A stretch of 64,000 nt of DNA from Chlorokybus atmophyticus (taxonomy: Eukaryota > Plantae > Mesostigma and Chlorokybus algae): positions 176,029-240,028 of the forward strand of contig RHPI01003079.1 of assembly GCA_009103225.1 (NCBI GenBank), given 5' to 3'. The position numbers and the translations under genes are program-made. Shown piece by piece: positions 1-12,356 of the stretch (position 1 is the stretch's first letter; the number at the start of each line of letters is the position of its first letter). A model generated the notes under the pieces. That model had not been told where the DNA came from. It searched no databases and saw only the letters and a program-made list of their open reading frames with translations.

Positions 1-97
1 CAGCGGCTGCAGCTGTCTCTGCAGCAACAGCCGCAGCATTGGCTTCCTCCCTCAGCCTCCTGCTGCTTGCAGCCCTAGCAGCGCGCATGGCCGACAT
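1..97 (-). CDS. Possible start of an Ala-rich ORF running off the left edge (MSAMRAARAASSRRLREEANAAAVAAETAAA), inside the leftmost DNA element
   Basis: ATG at 97 and 88 on the minus strand, open to the window edge; product unknown. Confidence 0.3.
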   Translation of the reverse strand, partial: MSAMRAARAASSRRLREEANAAAVAAETAAAA

Positions 98-217
98 GGC
101 CGCCGCCGCCGCCGCCGCCGCCGCCGGGCCAGTCGGTTACTGTGAGAGGCGACGGGAAGCCGCAGAGTTACGCATCAGTTACGCTGCGTCGCGTAACTGA
201 CGCGACGCAGCGTAACG

Positions 218-336
218 CCGCGCATAAATAGTACCCCCCTCGTCTAATAACTCCCCCCCCCTAATACAACACCCCCCCTAAAATATTAGGGGGGGGGCTT
301 TGTTTGTAGGGGGGGGTTGTATTCGCACAAATACGG
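218..336 (-). mobile_element. Terminal segment of a Tc2/pogo-like (IS630-Tc1-mariner) DNA transposon extending left of the window
   Basis: Minus strand reads TA|CCGTATTTGTGCGAATACAACCCCCCC (TA at 337-338), with subterminal C/G-run repeats; resembles Tc2/pogo-type TIRs; the partner TIR is not in the window. Confidence 0.55.
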
Positions 337-843
337 TACGCTCAATCAGTGTAATTTCAATCCAGTACTACGCCCTCTTTCACCCCGAATACAATTACCC
401 CCATAACACACGGATTGACGTTCAAGGACCATGAATGGTCCGTGACGCAGGACCGGGATTTCCCCCTGCTAAATGAAATCGGTGGACCTTGCATGGTCTG
501 TTTGTCATTGACAGTCGGACCATTCATGGTCCGAATTTCACGTGAATGGTACCATTGTCCCTTGGTACGCACCACTTAAGGTCCGGCCGATTACTGTTGC
601 GTCAGGACCAGATATGGTCCGGCCATCGGACCAGGGACTAAATCATATCATTACAAAACTTCAATTATAACTGGTCCGGCCAGCGGACCATGGACCGAAA
701 TTTATTATGGACCAATGTCAATATGAGTGCAAATGCAGTAAAAGTTGACACATCTTTGCCGGCGGCACCGGCCACGCCCAACCTGCGGCGCACGAGGCCG
801 CGGCCAGCTCCGCGGCGTTAGTGGAATGATTAGTCAAGAACAC

Positions 844-916
844 ACGCATCGGCCGGATTCGAACCCAGCACCTTTAGCATATCAAAGACGACGCCCTAAC
901 CACTAAGCTACAAACC
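844..916 (-). ncRNA. tRNA-like sequence (pseudo-tRNA or tRNA-derived SINE head) inside E1
   Basis: Minus strand GGTTTGTAGCTTAGTGGTTAGGGCGTCGTCTTTGATATGCTAAAGGTGCTGGGTTCGAATCCGGCCGATGC has box A (TAGCTTAGTGG) and box B (GGTTCGAATCC) at tRNA spacing; acceptor and anticodon stems pair poorly. Confidence 0.7.
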
Positions 917-954
917 ACGTGCCGGTAGGGTCGCATGGCAACCTATATCATGTA

Positions 955-3900
955 CAGTCTACCCTCGATATAATATACCCTCACATTAAGAGCATTTACG
1001 ATATAAGAGCCAAAAGGCCTTTGCAATTTCGTACATGGGGCAAAACCACCTCCCAATAAGAGTAAGAGCACTCGATATAGGAGCGCTCTGGCCCTGTAGG
1101 CAACTCTCTTATTGAGAGGGATTAGGGTTAGGGTTAGGGGATTTTGCGCAGGGGGCGCAGGAGCAAGCGGCGGCGGAGGAGGAGGGGGGGGAGCAGGGAG
1201 GACGACAAAAAGAGGGCCAGGTGTGCCGTTGTTGTTGTTGTTGTTGTCCTCCTGCTTTGCCTGCTCCTCCGCCGCCGCTTGCCCCTGCATGCCGTCGTAA
1301 TTGAACAACTTGAACAGCTTGCAGGCTGCCGTCATTCAAGTTGTTTACGTTGCTGCTGAGCAGCAACGTGAACAACTTGAACAACTTGCAGGCTGCAAGT
1401 TGCTGCAAGTTGCTGTTGCTGTGATGGGTTGCGTTATAATAGTAGTTGTTGTTGTGTGCTGGGTTGTGTTGTTGCTGTTGGTGTAGTCGTCATTGTTGCT
1501 GTCGTTGTTGACACACTCTGGCTATGTGCAGGTAATAACATGTGCATGCATGCATGTATGCTGCACGGGGTAAGGGCAGTAGTGAAGGTAGGTAGGTAGC
1601 GACTAGGTGAACAGCCCGGTGGTTGAATATGAGTGTTTGATGGTGTAGTGTGCTGACTGCCTGTGCATGTGTCACACTCTTATGCATGCCGCAATCCTTG
1701 CATATTTATTATACACACACACACTCTCTCTGTTTTGTCACAGCATGCCGTCCCCAAAGAAGCGCATGCGTCTAACTGATCTTGAAAAGAAGAAAATCTG
1801 CCAGCTGAGGGTCAACTTTAAGTCCCTTACCCATGACCTCTTTGCGCTTGAAGTGAAGAAGCAGCTCAAGCTGACTGTCAAGCGACAGACATTATCAAAG
1901 ATATTGCAATGTGAAGAGGATCTGTTGCAGTTAGATGATAGACAAGCAGCGCGGAAGTCCATTCGCTCTGCAAAATTTGAACAGATTGAGCAGGCTTTGG
2001 TGTCATGGTTCAAGATTGTAAGTGTACTATTGTTGTTATGCCGTAGATGTGTGTTGTTGCCATGATTCATGCTGAGATTTTGTATGTGCATGACTGCATG
2101 TCAGGCCCGAGCTGCCAACCTGCCATTATCGGACGCGCTGCTACAACAACAAGCGCTCACTTTGGCTCAAGCCAAGGGCGTGCCCCCAGAAGAGTTCAAA
2201 GCGTCCAATGGCTGGCTGGAGAAATTCAAAAAAAGGTGAGTGCCGTAGAAGTGAAAGGTGTCTGTCTTGATTGTGTGCTGACGTGTGTGCGTGCATGTGT
2301 GTGTGTACTTGAGTTGGGCTGGTTGCTGCAGGGAAGGGATCGTGTGCAAAAAGGCACACGGTGAAAGTGCTGATGCTGACATAGTGGGTGTGGAGCTGGC
2401 ACGGGAGTCTGTACCGCTTGTGCTGCACGAGTTGGGTGCAACTGTAGAGGACACCTTCAACATTGACGAAGGTGCGTTGTATACAAGGGCCGCACCCGAC
2501 CGCACCTTGGCGTTTGCGAGCGAGCAGGCGCGAGGCTTGAAGAAGTCCAAAGAGCGAATCACCGTGTTGTTGGGGTCTAACGCCAACGGCTCCGAACGGC
2601 TCAAATTGCTGCTCATCAACAAGAGCCTACGACCACATTGCTTTGGCAAAGGGTTTAGTCCTAATGATTTTGTGCATTGGTTCAGTAATAGGAAGGCATG
2701 GATGACCATGAAAATTTTTGAGGGTTACATGCAAGATATGAATGCGAAGATGGCAATGTCTAATCGCCATATCATTATCCTTCTGGACAATGCTGCTTGT
2801 CACAATTTATCAGGTGAAGGTGCATTGACTTGTATGCTACAATCACATACTGTGCATGTGATTGGTCACTTAAGCATGTCTTGCCTTGCTTGGCAGGTGT
2901 CAGGCGGGAGAAGCTACACGGGCTTGAGCTGCAACGGATGTCACACATCACCCTTGTGTTCCTACCTCCCAACACCACATCGCAGGTGCAGCCCATGGAT
3001 CAGGGCATCATCGCCGCTTTCAAGATGCGGTACAAGAAGCAGCTTGTGTCGTGGCTGCTCGCTGTCCTGGAGTTCAACCCGGGGACTGACCTGAAGGATG
3101 TCAAGCCATCCATCAAGCAAGCGGTGTTGTGGTCATCAGCTGTTTGGGAGGAGATGGACGCATCTATCTTCAAGAACTGCTTTGCTAAAGCTAACTTATG
3201 GCCATCAGATTGGTATCCCGCCACTCGCAGCGTTGATGAGAGTGTGGCACGAGCTGCCACAGCGATGCAGAAGACCGCAGATGCTGACTGCACAGAGTTG
3301 GATGAGCTGATTGGCAAGTTGGGTATCAATGATGCGCTCTCCGCGGCTGAGTACATCAACATGCCAGGTGAACAGCTTATAGAGGCTGAGTTAACCCCTG
3401 ACGAGTTGTTGGACATGCATGAGCCCGTGACGGCTGATGTGGATGTTGCCCCCAACATGATTGCTGATGGGGACATTGACATTGACGACATCACACCGGA
3501 GCCTGTTGCTATTGCCACTGCAATGGAGTGCGCGGAGAAGTTGGGTGTGTTTACGGCGGATAACTTGGAGGTTTACAGTGCAAGCGACATTGCATGGCTT
3601 GAGCGCTTTAAGAAAAAGGCTATGAGGATGGTAGTGGCAAATGTTACCCGCATGCAGCAGAGTGACATTCGTACCTTTTACGCATAGACGCACATGTTGT
3701 ATACTTGCTTCTTACATGCTGTGCATGTACACATCAAGGCAACTGCAGCTAGGCAAGCATCTACTTGACATGATATGCCTCACTGCAATTGCACCCACAC
3801 TTACACGCACACACTCACGCACACGCACACACCCACACTCACACGCACACCTACACACAGTCACACTGACACATAATCCAGCACACGCGTTGGTTGACTG

Positions 3901-4403
3901 GCCAGCATAAATGACGGGGTGGTAGAAGTAGTGGTGCTAGGTGTAGACTTAGGTGGAGGTAATGAAGTAGCCCGGTGTGGATGGTTGAACTAAGCGACGC
4001 CGTTGGCTATGCGTGTCGGATGCATGTTATGCATGTTGTGTGTGTGTGCATGCTGTGCCTGCTGGGTATAAGATACGGATTTATGTGCACTCGCACACAC
4101 TCACACTCACACATGAACACAGTTACACGCACGCACATTCCCATACACAAACACGCACATCATCACAGCACACTGACACTCGCATGCACACGCACACACA
4201 CGCCCACACTGATGATGCACCGCTGCTACCTCTTTACAAGAGCCATTGCTCCTAATTCGAGGTTACCTCATAATAAGAGCTGTGGCTCTTATTGCAAGGT
4301 TCCCTCTCTACAAGAGCACATGCTCTTATTTCGAGGTAAGAGCACCTCAATATAAGAGCCAAAAGGGCTCGCATAAACGTGGCTCTTATATGAGGGTAGA
4401 CTG
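955..4403 (+). mobile_element. pogo/Tigger-type DNA transposon, 3449 bp, nested in E1
   Basis: TIRs CAGTCTACCCTC(G)ATATAA; TA duplication at 953-954 and 4404-4405; subterminal TAAGAGC repeats at both ends; internal transposase gene. Confidence 0.92.
1745..3687 (+). CDS. pogo-family transposase (CENP-B-type HTH + DDE_1), 4 exons: 1745-2017, 2105-2235, 2332-2813, 2897-3687
   Basis: GT-AG introns join exons in frame; FKASNGWLEKFKKR (CENP-B HTH), FNIDEGALY, LLDNAACH, FLPPNTTSQVQPMDQGII; 42 residues between the second and third Asp after splicing. Confidence 0.92.
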
Positions 4404-5365
4404 TAGTTTATTGCATGCGCCGACAGCCGCTTGGCGACTGTCGGCCGGCGGCAGTAATTGCCGATGGACAGTCGTAGATTGTGTGTCGCTTTGATAGGCC
4501 CACAGGCTGAGCCTATGCAATTGTAGCATTTATAGGCTGTACCAGTTACATGGACGGTGGTAAACTACATACCGGTAGCCGCGAACTCGGCGGTTGTCAA
4601 TACGCCAGTACAATTTGTAGACTTGTTAGGGGCTGTCATTGTGACAATGCTCAGTGATAGTAGCCAAATTGCGACTGTCAATGCAGCCAGTGTACCTTAT
4701 CGGGCTGTCGATGATTCTGTGGTCGCATGAGGCTTTTATAGGCCATTTATGAGCTTATACAAGTAAGGCTATAAGTCATAACATCTGACATTGCTTGCGC
4801 TTTCGTTTCATACAAAGTATTAAAACGAATCATACCATAAACTACGCCTAGCAATGCAACATGCGAACAGCATCAACATATGTATTCATGGTATGATGTT
4901 AACGGTTGTGAACATTATGACAATGTAATAACTAACGAACTATATTTAATGCAATTAACACGCGCAATGCATGGATGTAAATTTGATATAGCTATTATTT
5001 TAGACTATGTAATTGTACAATAATCATAACATTTTGTACAATTATATTTTTATACACTATTAAAGATGTTTATAATTTTGCATGAAAGGTCTAATGCACA
5101 TGTGTACGCGCATCAATATACTTACAAAAATGTATGTACATGAAATGATAGATATGAAGTAGTTGCACGGCTGCAAATCGCGGCCGCAATACGTCAACAA
5201 TTTTTGCTTGTATACGTAAAGCCTATTCCTACATGCACACACACACACGTATATTTGTCAATATATATATACATATGCATGTATACATATATATATATAT
5301 GTGTGTATATATACACATATATTTATATGTATACACATATCCATTTATACATATATAGGCCACAA

Positions 5366-5466
5366 GTGGACAGCCGCAACTGGTCGGCGGCTGTCAAGTT
5401 AAAATGTACATGGACAGCCGGCTGTCAATATACATTGACAGCCGCCGACCATTTGCGACTGTCCAC
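5366..5466. repeat. Internal about 32-bp inverted repeat of E1; homolog at about 63705-63760 in E2
   Basis: GTGGACAGCCGCAACTGGTCGGCGGCTGTCAA ... TTGACAGCCGCCGACCATTTGCGACTGTCCAC (2 mismatches). Confidence 0.8.
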
Positions 5467-7151
5467 TTTATGGTAAGCGGCGACAGTCGGTGCGGCCTGT
5501 CATTTTATTAACTGATACACACAATGTACCTATGTACTCGTACATGCAATAACGACTACTTCAGTCATGGTACACGTGTAGCGCGCCCTGCAGGGCCGCC
5601 AACCAGCAACATTGCTGGTCCATGCCGCCCCATACATGGTGCGGCACGGACCATGTACGGTGCGCAGCTGCCGGGCCTCTGAGCCGCGGGCCCACTCCTG
5701 GTCCGCATCCAGGAACCAGCGTAGAGTACTGATCCGTGCCGCACCAGTAAAAGGTGCGGCACGGACCATATGTGGTGCGCGACTGCGCGCCAGGTGTTGG
5801 GGCCCCACAAGGACCATGGACGGTCCGTCCCTCGCGGACCAGACACTCGTGGTCCGCGGGGACGGACCATGTATGGCCCGCGGGGTCCGTGGAAGGACCA
5901 TGCATGGTCCCCGAACGTCAATCCGTGTGTAAATTTGAAGAAGGCACTGAGTTGGGGGGCAGTGTGAACGGGTGAATACGGTATGCATAATTTACCGTCA
6001 TAAGTGTCCATGTGCACACCGTTTGTGCTCGTATTGTGTTCTATAAGCAAACATGAGCAATATCATGGAGTTGGGATGTGCTCTGGACGGCCGAGATGTA
6101 ATTGATGTAGATCCAACGGCTTGAGACTGATAGACGCCGCCCAGCCAATGAGCGGCAGGCGGGACGCATACAGCCGCGCATCCCGCCAGTCGCGGGTGCC
6201 TATGCGTGATGGGCCAGTGATGGCCCTTGGTCGTGTGGGGATACATGTGTGATGTGCCGGCCGGCAGGCCGGCAGGCCGGCCGGCCCGACCAAACAGCCG
6301 CACCACTAGTTAGCGACTGCGCGAAGGTCACGTGTGTTTCTTCCGTGCATGCATTTATGCGAGCACACGTGCGTTGAAGAGATTCAATAGGAGGAGCGAA
6401 TGTACGTTGTAGCTAACATAGGGTTATTTACGCTTTAATAGCCTTGGAATGTTCACATACTCAATCCAACGGTTTGCTAGGTACAATGTATATGCTACAC
6501 CAAAGAGTCATTGGATTGGTAATATGCAAGAATTAAACTATTTGACTAATGCTCCACCTTCGCATAAAGACACACGTTTAAGCACATTGGATGTTCATAA
6601 TATGTTGAACAATGAAAGCGATCACTTAAGATTGCTCTGATCGTTTGTGGTCATATGTAAATCGTATGCAATTGAATTATTGTACATAACATATGCATGT
6701 ATCCATGTGTATAAGATGTATATCAACTCAAATGTCACGAGATGAAAAGTATAAATACGTGTAATATCGTTTATTGCACGTATACGAATGTGCATGCATG
6801 CGCATACTATGTACGTTATATTGGGTGTTTAGGTGTGAAGATTTTGTGTGCGTGCGTGCGTGTTGCTGTCCGCACAGGTATTGCACTGCTGTAGGGCCCT
6901 CCTGTCCTTGCCGTGCTCGTTTGCGTGGTACTGCTGTAAGCCCAAGCACCCTGCATAATGCATTGTTGTGCTATAATTCTGATTGACTTTGCACGGCTAA
7001 CTCCAGGTTCCCCGTGTCTCACGACAGCTCTACTTTTACACTACTTGTGTATCCGCTTGTGTTGCTTGTGATGTGATCGCCGCACTGATGCTGCTACGGA
7101 CCTGCGTATGTAACAAGTGCATTTTACCATTGACATGTATAGATGAAGCCG

Positions 7152-7184
<33 letters not shown>
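7152..7184. repeat. Poly-C tract (another at 8869-8898)
   Basis: Homopolymer runs, each ending in an N; lengths unreliable. Confidence 0.9.
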
Positions 7185-9281
7185 NCATGCATATGTAACT
7201 GCACATCGCAATTGATGGTACAAGATCATTGATTGTGCCATTACATAGTATAAACTCAAATTAGGCTCTGCAGCGGAAATGGCATTCAACCATGTCACAT
7301 CTGTCTTTTGGAGGCCATAGATACTTTGCTGTCACGTTTGGTGGGTAGCGATATAGGCAGCTGCTATGCTGATGCTGCCGCGTCATTGCCACCTCCTTGC
7401 GCGCATAATGTCTGGAGCGTTTGCAAGTTTTCTTTACATTCCTCCCACCTTTGCCTGCACCTTGAACTTGTTGCTTGCGTCGTATAGCTCCACCATCCAG
7501 TTTTGCAGGAGACGCTGGGGGTGTTCGCACTACATTTGCCCACATATGCGTTGTGTGTGATGATGGCACCGTCTGTATACACAAATTAAATGAATGGTTA
7601 AATCACATGTTCAACTTCTACTGCAAACTTGACATGTGCACCGTGTGAGACTTCACTTTTGTACCTGAGCGGATACCCGTGTTGGCTCTTGATGCGGAGC
7701 AGGTACACCTTGCGGTTCCTCCACCGCAGCTTCAACTCCATGCCAAAAAGCCTGTGCAGCAGCGAATGTAATGTTCAACTCTCTACCTGCATGCTCAGCG
7801 ACCAACTCCGTCTGATACTTCCGCAAGTGACTTTTCAACTTGTAGAAAATATTTTGGTTGGTTGTAGGATCTCGCATTTGCTCAGCGACGCGCAAGTTCC
7901 ATTGTCTAGCCATCTTCCCCCAATCAACCACGCCCGCATCATCAACCATATCCGTGTACATTGATAGCCACATCTGTTTTTCTGCTGGACTTGTGATGAC
8001 ACGTGCAAATTCCATTGGACATAGCTTGGAAAAGCGCATGCGCGACACGGCTTTGCGTTGCTTTCCCGTGTTCCTTTCTGTAACTGGACGCACCTGGATA
8101 CGGCGCTGAGCACCTTGGGCGCGATGTGTGCGTGGTCCTGCAACATGTCCTTGTTGCAAACCAATGTAACAGGTTTGGTCACCTCTGCATGCTAATGACA
8201 ATCAGCCTTACCAGCCTCTGGCATTGGTGATGCTTGCATGGGAGAGTATGAAGGCACTGGTGTTGATGGTTGCTGCAACCAAAGTATATCTCATCCATCG
8301 TTACGTGCACAGGCTTCGTATCATGCATATGCAGTCAATCAACAACAAGTCCATGCAACTTACAGCACCTGCGATGATGACGCCATTGCAAGTGAGGGCT
8401 GCATCGGTGACGCATCAGTCGTAAGGGCAATGGCCTCTGGTTCAGCACGTGCAACGCCTTGGGCACGCTGATGCAAGTTGGCAGTTAGATAAGTTACACT
8501 ATACATATGCTGCTCTGACTGTGTCACACAATGTGCGGTACCTGGGTGGCTTTTCCAACCGGCGTTACAGGTTGTCTTTGAGCCCTACCGCCGCGGCCAC
8601 CTTGCCCTTCTTGGCAACCTTCGGTGTCAGGTATGTGCGCATCGTGCTGCATGTTCAGAGATCAAGCACAAGTACAGATTAGACTGTCACGTGTTGGCAA
8701 CAGCATGTGCAACGACGTGTGACTGTGCACGCATTCATACCCACATGCACTCATGTGTGTCTTGCGTGGCCGCGGGCACATGCACAAACATGCAGCACAT
8801 GTGCACACATACACCTGCACACATACTCAACGCATACACATGTGCACACAGGCGAGCACACGCAGCCGCCCCCCCCCCCCCCCCCCCCCCCCCCCCCCNG
8901 TGCAAACGAATGGTGATTGAATGCAACAGCTGCATTCCTCATCACCATGTCGTCACACACGCACACGAGCCCCGAGACATGCACTACACGCATGCATCCG
9001 CAAACGTGTTTGTATGGGCGTGCACGCCCAGCCTCGCATGCGTGCGTGCAAACACGCGTGTGCATCTGTGGTACCTGGCTGGCTGCCCAAACTGGATGAC
9101 GTGTAGCAGGTTGGCCTTAAGTCCTGCCACAACCGTCGGCGCCAGCCATCCTTCCAGCCGGTGGGGCCATCCTGAGAAAACGTAGCTGTGGTTAGGCGGT
9201 ACACACACACGCGCATGCACACGCACTGCAAGGCACGCACGCACACACGCACGCATTGGTCTATGTGTATACGTGCATACA

Positions 9282-9428
9282 GCAGCTGCGCGCGCTCGCA
9301 TATGCTTGCTTTTGCGCATGTATGTGCATGCATTGGTCTATGTCTATACGTGCGTGCGCATACACATAGACCAATGCATGCACATACAAAGCAAGCAAAA
9401 GCAAGCATATGCGAGCGCGCGCAGCTGC
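9282..9428. repeat. About 147-nt fold-back (34-bp + 25-bp stems) next to the assembly gap
   Basis: GCAGCTGCGCGCGCTCGCATATGCTTGCTTTTGC pairs with GCAAAAGCAAGCATATGCGAGCGCGCGCAGCTGC; inner TGTATGTGCATGCATTGGTCTATGT pairs with ACATAGACCAATGCATGCACATACA. Confidence 0.8.
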
Positions 9429-9434
9429 CCCCCC

Positions 9435-10062
9435 NNNNNNNNNNNNNNNNNNNNNNNNNNNNNNNNNNNNNNNNNNNNNNNNNNNNNNNNNNNNNNNNNN
9501 NNNNNNNNNNNNNNNNNNNNNNNNNNNNNNNNNNNNNNNNNNNNNNNNNNNNNNNNNNNNNNNNNNNNNNNNNNNNNNNNNNNNNNNNNNNNNNNNNNNN
9601 NNNNNNNNNNNNNNNNNNNNNNNNNNNNNNNNNNNNNNNNNNNNNNNNNNNNNNNNNNNNNNNNNNNNNNNNNNNNNNNNNNNNNNNNNNNNNNNNNNNN
9701 NNNNNNNNNNNNNNNNNNNNNNNNNNNNNNNNNNNNNNNNNNNNNNNNNNNNNNNNNNNNNNNNNNNNNNNNNNNNNNNNNNNNNNNNNNNNNNNNNNNN
9801 NNNNNNNNNNNNNNNNNNNNNNNNNNNNNNNNNNNNNNNNNNNNNNNNNNNNNNNNNNNNNNNNNNNNNNNNNNNNNNNNNNNNNNNNNNNNNNNNNNNN
9901 NNNNNNNNNNNNNNNNNNNNNNNNNNNNNNNNNNNNNNNNNNNNNNNNNNNNNNNNNNNNNNNNNNNNNNNNNNNNNNNNNNNNNNNNNNNNNNNNNNNN
10001 NNNNNNNNNNNNNNNNNNNNNNNNNNNNNNNNNNNNNNNNNNNNNNNNNNNNNNNNNNNNNN
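9435..10062. other. Assembly gap (N run, about 630 nt)
   Basis: Ns in the sequence. Confidence 1.
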
Positions 10063-10586
10063 CGGGGAGGGGCACCCCCTCTACCACTACGTGCGCGCAG
10101 TCCTCCGTACTTGCGCACTCCAGCACCTGCGTTGGAGCGCATGCACACCAACGCAGCATGGGCTACATTTTGCCAGCCTTTCCCAATCCCACCCACACAG
10201 GCGCAAGACACGCCCCCCGCCCCCTCTCCACGGCCTTCAGTCCCGCGCACTCTTGCAGCCTTACACGCGCATTTGTACACACGCGCAAATGCAGCAAGGG
10301 CTGCATTCCATCACCAACTACACGCTCACAAGCACCGATATAAACGCTTATGCGCATGCATCCGCACACGCACACATGTGTGCGCGCGCGTACACATGGA
10401 CGCGCACGCGTGTGCATCTGCACAGGCAATGTTGTGCAAGCGACAGGGCTGCGTGTGTAGTACCTGTGCAGCTCCATGAATTGGCATGGCAGGTTGTCCT
10501 TGAGTCCTACCATAACCGTCGGCGCCAGACATCCCGACTTCGTCCTGCAATGTGAACAACTAATCACAGCTGCATGCTAAAACATA

Positions 10587-10622
<36 letters not shown>

Positions 10623-11797
10623 CAGATGCACACTCATGCACCCACCTTGTGAGTATCCACAAACATGCAACCACATGCAGGCATGACCCGTACTCGAGGC
10701 CCGCCCCCTCTCTCAGCCCGCACATGCGCACATCAACATCTGTGGCACCGAATACACATGCGCGCATGGTTGTCGCCACAATCACAAAGTGCCATTGCCA
10801 AGTGGCCGGCTATATCTGCCACGTACCTGTGTCATTGTCGGCGGACAGCCCGCTACGCGCAACCCGACATGTGTTGTGTAAATGTGGCGGGGCTCAAGCT
10901 GTACACAATCATGTGAGCGTTTTTGGCATGATGAGTGAGTTACTGAAACCGCAAACTGTCACCTCCTCTGGCTCAACATCATCAGTGCGGTCACCAGCTG
11001 AAGAAGCGCCATGTGGTGGCATACCAGTACGGGAAGGTGTCTCCTGTACGGTTGTGTACAAATGCATGCATACGAGTGTCAGTTGCTGGTAGTGACATGT
11101 GCTCAAGCAATCTAGCTTACCTCATCGTCTTCGTCTTCAGACGCTTCATCGCCTTGAACATCTTCACCCGCCTCATCGGCAACTTCCTCTCCTCTCCTTA
11201 GCGGCACATCCATCATCTCCTTTGGAACGAAGGATGCACAGAATCGTTCGTCATGCTCCAAAGACACCGGTTGAAACTGTGGAAACGGGTGATGCCAACC
11301 ATGGCGCTCGTTTTTCTGGTACAGCATGTACACGTCTTGCACCAGTTCCATGTGCTCTGGTGCCAAAGTCTAGGTCATTGCCATTGCGAATGCCGCTTGC
11401 AATGTTGTGTCGGTCAATGTAGTCGCAAATCAGCAACTCCACAAGCTCTGGAGTTGAGTTTGGCCCTTGTAATATACGCCGCAGCAAGCGGTGAAACCCT
11501 TCAAGTGCGTTGGTACCACGTGCGCTTACAAGTCGAGGCGCGCGACCTGGCTTGGCAACGTTCCAGTATAATTGCAGACCAGGTGGGTCTGCCATTATAC
11601 TGCATCCAGCAACGTGATTAGCATGAGTACGAGTGTTATAACCACACACAGTAACACACGCGCACGCACTCAGGCACGCAGGCGCATGCACGCACACGCA
11701 CACGCATGTTTGCGCGCCCGTACACTCAGACGTGCACGCGTGTGCATCTAAATGCGTTGATGCGTTGATGGTTGTGTGCGCGTGTGCGTGTGTGCAC

Positions 11798-12356
<559 letters not shown>

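Larger units (their letters stand above)
407..5929. mobile_element. E1: non-autonomous TIR element with CACACGG ends (CACTA/CMC-like), about 2.07 kb after removing the nested pogo
   Basis: TIR CACACGGATTGACGTTC is perfect for 17 bp and extends to about 35 bp with 3 mismatches; TAA duplication at 404-406 and 5930-5932; many GGACCA/TGGTCC subterminal repeats at both ends; no transposase of its own. Confidence 0.85.

Noticed and set aside
1122-1139. (TTAGGG)3 as a telomere remnant
   Set aside because: Only three units, internal to the pogo element; not evidence of a chromosome end or fusion
943-1687. ORFs with poly-Pro/Gly/Val/Gln runs
   Set aside because: Translations of GC-rich and (GTT)n low-complexity sequence in the pogo 5' region; no domain
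370-5983. A small Tc2-like MITE interrupted by E1 (right end GGGTGAATACGG|TA near 5981)
   Set aside because: The left end is too degenerate to support a call
5530-6050. Overlapping ORFs here and at 37521-37956, and the GGACCA repeats as a CRISPR array
   Set aside because: Subterminal repeats of E1/E2 with irregular spacing; eukaryotic context; no cas genes
6000-7150. Short ORFs and possible element termini
   Set aside because: No recognisable motif, TIR partner or TSD found
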